From contig NC_043007.1 in assembly GCF_006345805.1 (NCBI RefSeq), positions 56,792,001 to 56,856,000 on the forward strand: 64,000 nucleotides of DNA. The letters are read 5' to 3'. The position numbers and the translations under genes are program-made. The notes beneath the pieces were generated by a model that ran no database searches, was not told the DNA's origin, and saw nothing but the letters and a program-made list of their open reading frames with translations. The DNA comes from Octopus sinensis. Its lineage: Eukaryota. Within the stretch, counting starts at the first letter, position 1. Every line of letters starts with the position of its first letter. Below are positions 1-11,450 of the stretch, piece by piece.

Positions 1-2879
1 CCATAGAATGGTTAAGTGTAGGCTGAACACAGATAGCATAGTTAAGCGAGGATCTGACTACTGGAAGCTGAACAAGTCTATTTTGACTTGCGAGGCATAC
101 GGTAGCGGGATTAAGGAACTAGTACAGAGGGCGTTAGCTGGAGCCGTGGTTATCAACCGGTGGTGGTTCGCCCTCAAGAGAGCCATTCGTTTTGAGTCAA
201 TTAAGTTTAGCCATCAGCTAAAACTAGATCAGCCCAGAATAGAAGGGCAATTAGTTAAGGACTTAGAGGAGACGTTGAGGTTGGGCTCTGCATCCAGGAC
301 GGCCTTGGACCGTCACCTCAAAGCCAAACACGAGGGGTGCAGAGTTCGGGCTAAAGTGTGAGCATTGTGCCGTGAGGGGATTAATGTTGCCGGATGGGCC
401 CGTACGGTAGAAACCCAGCGTGGCAATGATACCACAATTAGGTCTCTGGTGCATGACAGTGGGTGTTCGGTCGAAGGACAGAACGAGATGTGTGAGGCGC
501 TTCACAAGCACTTTGCCGAGTTGTTCGGGGGAGCGGGTCGCTGGATCATGGTGAAGCCCTTAGGGACTTCATGTCTGACGGCCCGCGTCTCTCTGCACAG
601 CTGAGTGCTGTGAGGGGATAATCACAGCCGAAGAGGTGATTAAGGTACTGGCCGAGTGCCCCGGTGAGAGGTCGCTGGGTCTCGATTGTCTACCTTATGA
701 ATTTTATAAAAGCATGCCAGACTTGTTCGGGCACCTGCTGGCCAGCGTTTGTGCCAATTGGCAAATTCCCAAGTCTGCAAGCCGACAGGTAGTGATGCTG
801 ATCAGCAAGGACCCGAGCAAGCGGGACGAGATAAGTAATTTCAGGCCCATAACTCTGCTGACAGAATTAAAGATTTTGGCCAATGTGCTAGCGAAAAGGT
901 TGGCGCGAGTCGTGGGCAGACTTGTTGGGGAGACGCAAACCTGCGCCATCCCAGGCAGGTCGATCCACAATCTCCACCTTATACGCTACTCCTTAGAGAA
1001 GGTAGGGAAACTTTCTGGCGTAGAGGGGCACTGGTACATTTAGACCAGTCTAAATCCGCTGTTGGATTGCTGTTTTGTACAGCGACATCGAGTCTGTCGT
1101 AAAAGTGAATGGTTTCTTCTCGAAACCATTCAGGATCAAACGCTCAGTGTGTCATGTGTGTCCCCTGTCCGCGCTTCTGAATTTGTTGGCTCTTGAGCCA
1201 TTGCTGCGGAAGTTGGAGGCACTAAGGTGCGCGCCAAAGGATCTGTGGTGTGGAAAAGGAGCTACTGCGTATGCGGATGACATCTCCATCATCGTGGCGG
1301 ATGAGGGCCAGCTTTCCGTGGTGGAAGAGGCCATCAAAAGTTACGAGGCGGTGACAGAGCAAAAGTTAACAAGAATAAGTCAGTCGTTTTGCAACTCGGC
1401 ACCTGGAGGGACAAGCCGACGTGCAATAACGTCGTGGAACGTTAGACGGAGGGTCCTGTGAAGCTGCTTGGGTCTAGTTTGGTCCAGACCTCCAGATCGA
1501 GAAAAATTGGAGTGAGGTAACCAGCAGGGGGACTGCTGTAACACAGCCCTGGTCTGGGCGGGCGGTATCTTTGCCAGGGAAGGCGGAGGTGGTGCAGATG
1601 TTTATAGCATCAGTTATCACCTACCGTCTGACCATGGTAACCTACCCCGATTTGTGGCTGAACAAGTTGGAGAGAATCATTTTCTGCTATTTGTGGAAGG
1701 GAGGAAAGCCACTTGTGAAGCGCTGTCTGCTGCCAGAAACCGCTAAAAGGTGGATTAGGGAAGTCTTGGCTGAAGATGCGAAAACTCGCGTTAAGGTTGA
1801 GGCACCTCTGGCTTTACCTGGATTAGGAGCAGGTGTGGTAACCGCACGTCCGGTTCCACCTTCTGTGTTTAACGTCATTAAGGGACATTGAAGCATGGAT
1901 CAAGCAGAAACCTAGGCTGGCTGACTGGTAATTGGTATATGGATAATTACCAGAAATCCTGGTTTGGCAGTGCTTCTGTGCGGCGTTACCTCTTCGAGAT
2001 AAACTGTCAAGGCACGTAAGTGCCGTCTCGCCGACATGTTCGAGGTGCGGACAGGACAAGGAAACTGTCTTGCACGCTTTTATGGAGTGTCCAGAATTAA
2101 AGAGACTGGTAGTTTTCGCACTGAGCGTTAATGGTTTCGAGAAGAAGCCAATCACTTTGACGACAGACTCATGTCGCTGTACAAAACAGCAATCCAACCG
2201 CGGAAGGTCGGACCCAGACCAGCCTTCTCGAGGACCGCCGCCAAGTACCGATAGTCGACCCTATCAAATGTTTTAGACTGGTGTAAATGTACCAGTGCCC
2301 CCCTACGCCAGAAAGTTTCCCTACCCTCTCTAAGAAGTAGTGTATAAGGTGGAGATTGTCGTGGAAGTGTACAGCTATCGGCTGAGTCTATCATCGAGAT
2401 TTTGCCGCCTGCCTCCCTTAACATGGAAAGGAAGGCTTGTTTTTTCTGCGTAGTAGCCATACCGAAAGAAACAATATAGAAGACGTGTGTAAGGGGGAAA
2501 GTGACAGGTACCTTCGTCTCCAGCAGGTGTTGGTAAACTTTTTTAGTTACCACCTCATAAGTCTTGCATGCTGGAGAAGAGGTGCCTGTCGCTGAGTACA
2601 TTTGTAAAAAGATGGAAGCTTGTAGCAAGCAACTTGAGAATGACCGGGACCAGGTACGTGGGGTCAGTGGTAGAAAGCAATGGTTCTACCCAGATGGCTG
2701 GTTTCCTTTCCTTCCGAGGCAAATTGTTGCTTTTTGCAACAATATTTATGTAAATAAATTTTTTAATTACATCATTCATACGACATTTATTTTTAACTAA
2801 AAGCAGCTTCTTCACTCTGTGTTTGTCTGTCCTTGTCCGACCGATCTGTGTACTGCTTTTATGGAAATTTCATGAAATA
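1..2879 (+). mobile_element. Degenerate Tx1/L1-clade non-LTR retrotransposon (ORF2: end of APE, RT, C-terminal Cys/His motif, 3' UTR); runs off the left edge
   Basis: Frameshifted ORFs with DYWKLNKSIL, NFRPITLL..KILANVLAKRL, QTCAIPGRSI, AYADDI and CSRCGQDKETVLHAFMECP; 3' end ..tactgcttttatggaaatttcatgaaataaa. Confidence 0.9.
2129..2360 (-). other. Inverted internal copy of the element's own RT segment (~966-1131)
   Basis: Reverse complement aligns to 966-1131 and retains FDRVDYRYLAAVLEKAGLGPTFRG, which is deleted in the + copy. Confidence 0.85.
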
Positions 2880-3019
2880 AAGAAGCTTGCTTCCCAACCA
2901 CATGGTTCCGAGTTCAGTCCTACTGTGTAACACCTTGGGCGAGTGTCTTCAACTACTGCCTCGGGCCGACCAAAGCCTTGTGAGTGGATTTGGTAGACGG
3001 AAACTGAAAGAAGCCCGTC

Positions 3020-3083
<64 letters not shown>

Positions 3084-3180
3084 ATGTATGTATGTATATG
3101 TTTGTGTGTGTGTGTGTCTATGTTTGTCACCCCACCATCACTTGACAACCGATGTTGGCCGCAGTCAAATGACTGAAACA
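2880..3180 (+). mobile_element. tRNA-derived SINE, family A (head lacking its 5' end)
   Basis: aagaagcttgcttcccaaccacatggttccgagttcagtcc (B-box-like), ccttgggcgagtgtcttc, gaaagaagcccgtcg + (TA)n/(TG)n, tail gccgcagtcaaatgactgaaaca. Confidence 0.85.
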
Positions 3181-3263
3181 CGACTTTAAAGGAAACACTA
3201 GGTAGTACAATTAAGTTAGATACGGTGTCCAAATTCAATACACACATGCCCTTATTCATAGAA

Positions 3264-3342
<79 letters not shown>

Positions 3343-3343
3343 T

Positions 3344-3964
3344 GTTTCTTTATTAGCCACACAGGGCTGCACACAGACGAAACAAATTACAAGGTAGAGC
3401 TTTTCTGTTGGGGGATAAAAAAGGGGGGTTGGTTTTCGATCAAAAGGGATCGTAAAAGGAAAGAAAGAGGAAAGCAAAAAAAAGGTGAGGAATATAAGGA
3501 AAAAGAAAAAATCGATCAATAGTGATCGTTATCACAGAAATGTCAATATAAAGTGTAAAGGGGAGGACAGGTGAGGCTTACCCGTGGAAAGAAAAGCCTA
3601 CGGAAAAGACCACGGTAACCTCGGTCAATGAAGTCACATGTTATATTTTTTTTACAAATAAGCAACTCTCTGTATTAATTTTTACGGTTCATAGGATCAT
3701 GGTGAAGGCGGCTTCGTCATTCATACGTGCCATCCTTGCTACATTCACCCATCTTTTTTTAAAACATTCACTAGACAAAACTTGCTTCTCTACTCTCACT
3801 TTCCTCTTCAAGTGATACTTGAAGAAATTGATGAGAGATTGACCAGAGAGAAAAGTGTTTGTCTCTAATCCTTTCAGGTGCGTCCACCAGATACATTCTT
3901 TCGCCAAAGCCACAAGTATGATAAAAATAACTCTTCCTTCCCGTCTGAAGGAAGGAGGCGTGAC
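3344..3964 (-). mobile_element. 5'-truncated Tx1-like LINE (second family) embedded in (GATA)n
   Basis: PPSFRREGRVIFIILVALAKECIWWTHLKG..FLSGQSLINFFKY..ECFKKRW is homologous to the C-terminus of the element at 1-2879; ends gccctgtgtggctaataaag; (GATA)n on both sides. Confidence 0.85.
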
Positions 3965-3973
3965 GATAGATAA

Positions 3974-4004
<31 letters not shown>

Positions 4005-4102
4005 TATAGATACATACATACATACATACATACATACATACATACATACATACATACATACATACATACATACATACATACATACATACATCATACATAC
4101 AT

Positions 4103-4293
4103 AGGGTTCTCAAAAACAGAAAGGAGAAAATTCATTGGAAGATTACAGATCCAAGCTATGACTAGACCTGTAAAAATCTGTAACACTTTCCAGAAGTTTA
4201 TCATTTAAGTAGATATGTGTATATCTAGACATGCAACTATAGGCATGAGAAGACATACATAAAACAAAACATATAAATCTGTACATATATATC
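4103..4293 (+). mobile_element. Short 3' fragment of an R4/Dong-like RLE retrotransposon
   Basis: Similar to 4675-4860; flanked by (CATA)n. Confidence 0.75.
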
Positions 4294-4409
4294 ATGCATA
4301 CATACATACACACATACATACATACATACATACATACATACATACATACATACATACATACATACCTACATACATACATACATACATACATACATACATA
4401 CATACATAC

Positions 4410-5008
4410 AATGAAATCCTCAATAAAATGCAAACATAATAGTCCTGACATTGTGATTTGGGATAAGGATGAGAAACAGTGTACAGTTTTGGAAATAAGC
4501 TGCCCTGTAGATGTTAACATAAAACTAAAGATCAGTGAGACAGAAAATACCTACGCTGAACTATTGAGAAATCTTTAGTTACTCTATCCAGATTACAAGT
4601 TCAGTTTTATACTTGTAATTCTTGGAGCACTGGCATATGGAACTCAACTGCCTAAAAACCAATCCTGAGAAATTAGGCTTCTCAAAACCAGAAAGAAGAA
4701 AGCTGATTCAAAGTTTACAGACCTAAGCCATCACTAGAACTGTAAACCTTTGTAAAACTTTCCAGAAGTTTATCATTTAAATATAAATGAGCATGTCTAG
4801 ATATACATGTACTTGCGTGAGAAGACATACATAAAACAAGACATACAAATCTGCACATGCACTGATTCCAAATACTGCACACATACACGCATACATGTAA
4901 AAATACCCGATTGATTATGCTGAAATTCAATGAAGGAGCCTTGGATCTAGGTTAGAAACCGATTCCTTATGTATTGGCAAGGAATTTTGAAATAAAACTG
5001 AATAATGA
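4410..5008 (+). mobile_element. 3' fragment of an R4/Dong-like non-LTR element (restriction-like endonuclease) in (CATA)n
   Basis: HNSPDIVIWDKDEKQCTVLEISCPVDVN (PD-D/E motif), YPDYKFSFILVILGALAY; ends aataaaactgaataatga(cata)n. Confidence 0.85.
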
Positions 5009-5113
5009 CATACATACATACATACATACATCCATCCATCCATACATACATACATACATACATACATACATACATACATACATACATACATACATACATA
5101 CATACATACATAC

Positions 5114-5430
5114 ATGGTGGCTAGCAACTCGTAAACGAGTATGAACCATCACTGACAATTTACCTTCTCCCAAATGTTAAGTATAATGGCTGCCAGCAAT
5201 ACTCGTGCTGAAATGTGAAGGCTGTAACAGCATGCACAACATCCTAAAATTCTCACCAACAAATCCAGAAACAAGCACGAGCAAGATCTTCTGCGGGTGA
5301 TATTTCGGAATTCCCTTAAAACGAAGACAAGAGGTCTTTCACTCCCAACTACTGAGTTCATCTGCCCTTTGACACGTCTTTGTATTCCATCCTACAGGAT
5401 GTCCAATGAATACCCTTTTCCTTGGACAGA
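5114..5430 (-). mobile_element. Element ending in an RTE-type 3' tail, abutting (TATG)n
   Basis: Minus-strand end catactcgtttacgagttgctagccaccatgtatg resembles the RTE tails at 21159 and 22134; 5' extent uncertain. Confidence 0.55.
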
Positions 5431-5431
5431 A

Positions 5432-5475
<44 letters not shown>

Positions 5476-6301
5476 AAAAGAAAAGGAAAGAAAGAAAGCT
5501 TAGCTGTATGAGCAAAGTGAAAGAAGGAATTGTTATTGTTGTTGAAATGAAAGCAGCGACTGACGAAGTCTAGCTGGAAGCAGACGTTCACCTCTGCCGT
5601 ACGGTTCAGTTATTTTGTCGATAAATCACTATTTCATGTTGTATCGTATATCCATCTCTTTCAGACCTTCATTCTGCCTGGAGAGAAGCAAATTGTCAAC
5701 ATGTTCTATGTAATCACGCAACATACACTGACTTCTCTCTGATTGTTACTGTTGTTGTTGCTGATGATGATGTGTTTCCTGTTGATTCTGCTGCTGTTGT
5801 TGCTGTTATTGCTGTTGTTTTATCGTCGATGTTGCTGCTGTTCCTGTTGTTGTTGTTGTTGTTGTTGTGGTAACTTTAACAAATCGAAATTTTTGTAAGG
5901 TGTCAGCAGCAATAATTAGCAGCACACATACCCACCCCTTCAAAAGAACGCGGGCGAGACAAGAAAAACAAAATCATTCGTTCTTCGTAAACAAGCATAT
6001 TATCACATCTCATCTCATGTTCGTATGTTTACTTCACCTTATACCTTTTAATCCTAATCCCATTCCCCCCACTCTCTCGCTATCTCTCTCCCTCCCCCAT
6101 CTCTCTCTCTCTCTATCACTCTACCCTGTTCCTACTCTTTCTCCCTCCTACTTTTTCTTACTCGCGATCAGATTTCCTTTTCCGTATATGTTTCTTTCTC
6201 ATCATGCTCCTCAATATATACCTTTCTAATTCTCTCTTTTCAAATATTGCCTACATTTGCTGAATCATCTAGTGCACGTGTATGTGTGTGTGTGTGTGTG
6301 T

Positions 6302-6376
<75 letters not shown>

Positions 6377-6951
6377 TGTGTGTGCGTGTGTGTTTATGTG
6401 TGTGTGTGCGTGCGTAGGGCAGTGTATGTGTATCGTGTGAGTACATATAAGCATACATACGTACATATATGCATATATATTTTGTTCCAAAGAGAATATT
6501 CACACACACACATGCACACACGCGTAGACACACACATACATGCACACGCACATACACTCACATACGCACGTGTGTACAAATGTATAAAGTCATTTTTCTT
6601 GCTTTCCAGTTACTAATTCTGTAACTGGATATAAAGTTTTAAAATGTAGACGCGCTTAGTATAAACAAATAATTTCTAACTTTGGCCTAAGACCATATTT
6701 TTTCTAATTAAAAATGTATGCGGTTAATTAATTAGTCCCAATAGTTTATTGATAATTAGTTTCTAAACTATAGAAAGGGTTAAATGGAAAGTTAATTCGC
6801 GCTGGGTTTAAATACTGAGCGAGAGTCATTTTATCCGCTACCCAACAAATTTTGAACGAAAGAACAGTAAACCCCATCCATCATCCTAGTAGTTGAATGT
6901 TATTTGCACCCAGAAAGATGAAGGTAAAGAAATATTACCTTTTGACTTTTA

Positions 6952-7514
6952 CTGGGTTGTCCGGAAAGTTCGTGCCGATTCTTAAAGGAAAAAAGGTCAA
7001 TAAATACTTCCCATTACATTTTTAATCAACCAAATATAAACCATTTTGTTGCACAATGCGTTTCCATTTTCCCTTTAACTTGAAAATACCCTCTTCCCAG
7101 AATTGAGGTAGTTTCATGTCAAAGAATTCATCAAGGTATCTTTTTACGTCATCCAAGGAATTGAAATTTTTACCATTAAGACTATTCTGCAGAGACCTGA
7201 ATAAGTGGCAATCCGAAGGAGCAATATCTGGTGAATATGGAGGGTGGAGTAACACATCCCAGCCGAGCAGCAGCAATTTTTGTCTGGTTCCCAAAGCATC
7301 AAGTGCCGAAAATGAACTTTCTTATCTTCCATTTTAAAGGGTTACAAAATTAACACAGGTTATAGGAACATAAACCTTCTTCCGCGAAAAGATAGCTTAA
7401 ACTGGTCTCTGAATGAAGGCGTAGTTAAATCCTATTTTATGGACTCAACCATGTTCTAAAATAAGTCGAAAGGTAAGCTACTATAAATTAGCGCGAACTT
7501 TCCAGACAACCCAA
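6952..7514 (-). mobile_element. Internally deleted mariner (TIRs + TA TSD)
   Basis: TIRs ctgggttgtccggaaagttcgtgc / gcgcgaactttccagacaacccaa flanked by TA; N-terminus MEDKKVHFRHLML fused to C-terminus WDVLLHPPYSPDIAPSDCHLFRSL. Confidence 0.92.
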
Positions 7515-7736
7515 TACTTTTTGCTTGTTTCAGTCATTAGACTGCGGCCATAAAGTCCTGATAGTGTAGATGTTTAACCTACATGGAATTGCGCAAGATT
7601 GCACATCCTTATTGAAGAATTGAACTGTGAACTTTTATGCTTCTTTTTTCTTCTCTTTCTTCATCTTCTTATTCATTTACTCCTGTCCTCTATGTCGTCA
7701 TTTCATTAATCTATATCCTTTTCATTTTCCCTATTT

Positions 7737-7792
7737 GTCTCCGATGACAGAATATCCCACACTCTGGGATATCCCAGAAACAGCTGTAAGAT
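7737..7792 (+). ncRNA. Hammerhead ribozyme-like motif (core CCGAUGA, one substitution) in a Penelope-type repeat end
   Basis: gtct-CCGATGA-[atatccc..gggatat stem II]-GAAA-cagctg-TA-agat; a more decayed relative at ~8235-8320. Confidence 0.6.
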
Positions 7793-7874
7793 TTTGAATC
7801 TTTTTTCCAATAATAATAATGTATATAACTTGAGATGTTTGCCTTGCCTTTACGTTTGTTGTCTTCTTAACAAT

Positions 7875-7947
<73 letters not shown>

Positions 7948-8459
7948 CCTATCATTTCAGTTTGCCAATCTATTCCCAAGGCTTTGCTCGGCCTGGGCTA
8001 TGGTAGGAGACACTAGCCCAAGATGTCACGCAGTAGGACTAACCTAAACCCGGAATACAGATGTATTGGCTGCGTGTGTACGTGTATATATACATATTTT
8101 TACTATTATCCCTAATTACCTTTTGGATATACACTTTTTATATACATCCGAATTGACTTTCCCACCAGTAATGCTTTTTCCTATATATATGCACATAAGC
8201 AATTCTTTTTCCAAATGAATTGCATTTCATATTCGAGACTCTCATGAAGTTGTAGGGTGTTATTTAGGCACTCAACTATGAGTCCACTGCATCTTATAGC
8301 AGAAACAGCTGTAAGCTAATGAAGTTCATAACATAATAGCTCATTTCCTTTGTCACCATATTTTCTTATTACCGCTCTATACTCGTCTAACACTTCTATC
8401 TGAAGCATAAGTATACTGAGTTCTACACCAGGTTATTAGTCTCGCAATGCCTAGGCGAA

Positions 8460-8497
<38 letters not shown>

Positions 8498-8614
8498 TTG
8501 CCATTATACAATAAGATGTAACAAAGCGAAATATTTTGTTGCACACTTTGAAATGGCGTCGGAAAATAATATAAACATACATCACTAACACACACGCGCG
8601 CGCACACAAACAAG

Positions 8615-8666
<52 letters not shown>

Positions 8667-9211
8667 AACAACTACACACACACCTAGCACATAAATCAAC
8701 TCTATCGAAGGAAGAAAAAGAGAAGAAAGGAATAAACGAAATATGTTCCTGGGAAGATATGAAGCAATAAAAGCTGCGAGGTTGTAAGCATATTGGTCCA
8801 CTTGTTATTTTATGTGCTATGTTTTTAAGAGACCTACATTAACGTGGGCATACATTTTATTTTCTATTTCTGTCAAGTATTATATTTGTTCTTCGTTCTT
8901 CATCTATTTGCTTAACCCTTTCAATCCCATCGTTCTTTCGTTCTTTCTGTCCTCCTTTACTTCTTATTTGTCATGTTGTCATTTACGATGCGGCTGACAT
9001 GATGTACCTCTCATAAGTGACCTTTTTTTTTCCTTTTTTTTTCTTTTTTATTAAAGTGTTCGATTGTTCAGCGGAATTCTAGAAATTTCAGACCTGTCTT
9101 CTTCAAAATTGCCAATTCTTTATTTTTTGTATATCATTCTTAATATATTATTCTTTATAATTTTCTTTATTATCATTTCTTTGGGTGTGTATACATACAT
9201 ACATACATACA

Positions 9212-9247
<36 letters not shown>

Positions 9248-9273
9248 TATATATATGTATGTATGTATGTATG

Positions 9274-9336
<63 letters not shown>

Positions 9337-10277
9337 ACATATGTATATGCATATGTATATATAAATATCCATATATACATATATATATATATGTATATAT
9401 ATGTATGTGTGTGTGTGTATTTATGTATGTGTATTTATGTATGCATGCATGTATGTATGTATGAATGTATGTATGTATGTAAGTATGTATGTATGCATGT
9501 ATGCATGTATGTATGTATGTATGTATGTTTGTATGTATAAATGTTTGTATTTATGTCAAGTTATATATAAAATGTTTAACATGAGCAATCTGAAATTTTG
9601 AAGTCACGATCAACCTTTACCTTGTAACAGTTTTGTACGTGTGTATATGTATACATACATACATACATACATACATACATACATAATACATACATGCATA
9701 CATACATACATACATACATACATACATGCATACATATATATGTATATGCACACACACACGCATACACATACACACACATATATATGAACTCATATCTCTA
9801 TCTCTCTTTTTCTCTCCCACTCTCCCCTTCACACACATACACACACACACACCTACACTGAAATATTCACCTAGTGAAGAAACGCACAGGATACACTGTA
9901 TGCCCTCTGACAGGACGGTAGTCGATTTCAGGAAACACTTTCAAATCCCAAAGCAGAAAACAAAGAAACCTCTTTTTCTTTGAAACAAAACACATGCAAA
10001 GTTATAAATTTTCAATCCCTGACTGAGATTCCTATTAATTCAAACCTGCATCAGCCGGGACAACTAAGAGTTAATGCAAAATACGCGGACAGAGTAAAAA
10101 CTTAAGTCTTCACAAAGGAAAAGTTGATGAACTTGAACTAAATAAAAGTCTTTGATAAGGTTTGAATTTAGAGCGCTTTGAATTGTGGGATTTTTTTTAC
10201 TATCTTATGTGAAGTAGTAGTCCACTGTTAGAGGTGATCAGGTGTTATTCAATGATGTTTAGTATTAGTTGTCCAGA

Positions 10278-11450
10278 AGGTGGCTAGCCAGCAGGATCGT
10301 TAGCACGCCGAGTAAAATGCTTAGCGGCATTTCGCCCGTCTTTGCTTTCTAAGTTCAAATTCTGCCGAGGTCGACTTTGCCTTTCATTCTTTCGAGGTCG
10401 GTAAAATAAGTACCAGTTGAACACTAGGGTCGATGTGATCGACTTACATTGTGCCAAAATTTGAAATCAATATTAGTTTTTTCAGTTGAACGATCGACCT
10501 CTGTTACTATAAGCTTGACTCAATTTTTTTTTTTTTCATCACAAGTAAATGATCTGAAAGGATCATTTATTAGTGCTTCTGTGAAATACATGACCATATT
10601 GCTCATTCCAAGTCAAACTCATGAGAGTTTTTAACTCTAGATAGCTCTGTGTAGCAGAAATGTGGTTCCGCTTATTTTAATGCCTAATGAACTTCCATCT
10701 CCGTTAGACAAACCAGTCTGTTCACTGCACCAATAAATCTGTTAATGGAAACCTCTAGATTTACTAGAAAAGCTAAATTCAGCTGGAGAAGGTGATCTTG
10801 TAAATGCGAAAACCTTTTATCAAATCAATAAATAAATAATATTCTTTTCTACTCTAGGCACAAGACCCGAAATTTTGGAGGAGAGGGCCAGTCGATTAGA
10901 TCGATCTTCCAGTACGAAACTGGTACTTAATTTATCGACTCCGAAAGGATGAAAGGCAAAGTCAACCTCGGCGGAATTTGAATTTAAAAAGTTAAGACAA
11001 GCGAAAGACCGTTTAGGCGTTTCGCCCGGCGTGCTAACGTTTCTGCCAGCTCGCCGCCTTAATAAATAAATAATATTACGTGTATCTGACGGAATCTTTA
11101 GCGCTCCGGGTAAAATGCTTAGCGGCATTTCTTCCGTTTTTTCATTCTGAGTTCCAAATTCTGTTGAGGTTGACTTTGCCTTTCATCTTCTCAGGATCGA
11201 TAAAATTTGAGTACCAGAGTTAATGTAATTGACTTACCCTCTCCCCGAAATTGCTGGCCTTGTACCAAAATTTGAAACTAATATTATGTACAAAGATTAA
11301 GGTGATGGCATGGTACGAACCGTAATGAAGCAAACGAAATACCGAATAATTTTTTATTCACTTTCTTCATCCCGTGTTAGACTTCCACCGAATTTTACTT
11401 CTCTTCTCATCACTTAGGGCTCGATAAATTAAGTACCAGTAATATATTAG
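10278..11450. mobile_element. Cluster of SINE family B copies (+ ~10278-10470, - ~10845-11062, + ~11075-11290, + ~11300-11450)
   Basis: ggcggcgagctggcagaa head; central gtcgactttgcctttcatcctttcggggtcgataaaataagtaccag (resembles the Meta-SINE domain). Confidence 0.8.

Noticed and set aside
5164-5361. Possible first coding exon on the minus strand (MNSVVG..IWEK|gtaaat) with GA-rich upstream region
   Set aside because: No recognisable homology, and the donor lies ~20 bp from an RTE-type 3' tail, so it is probably part of a retroelement.
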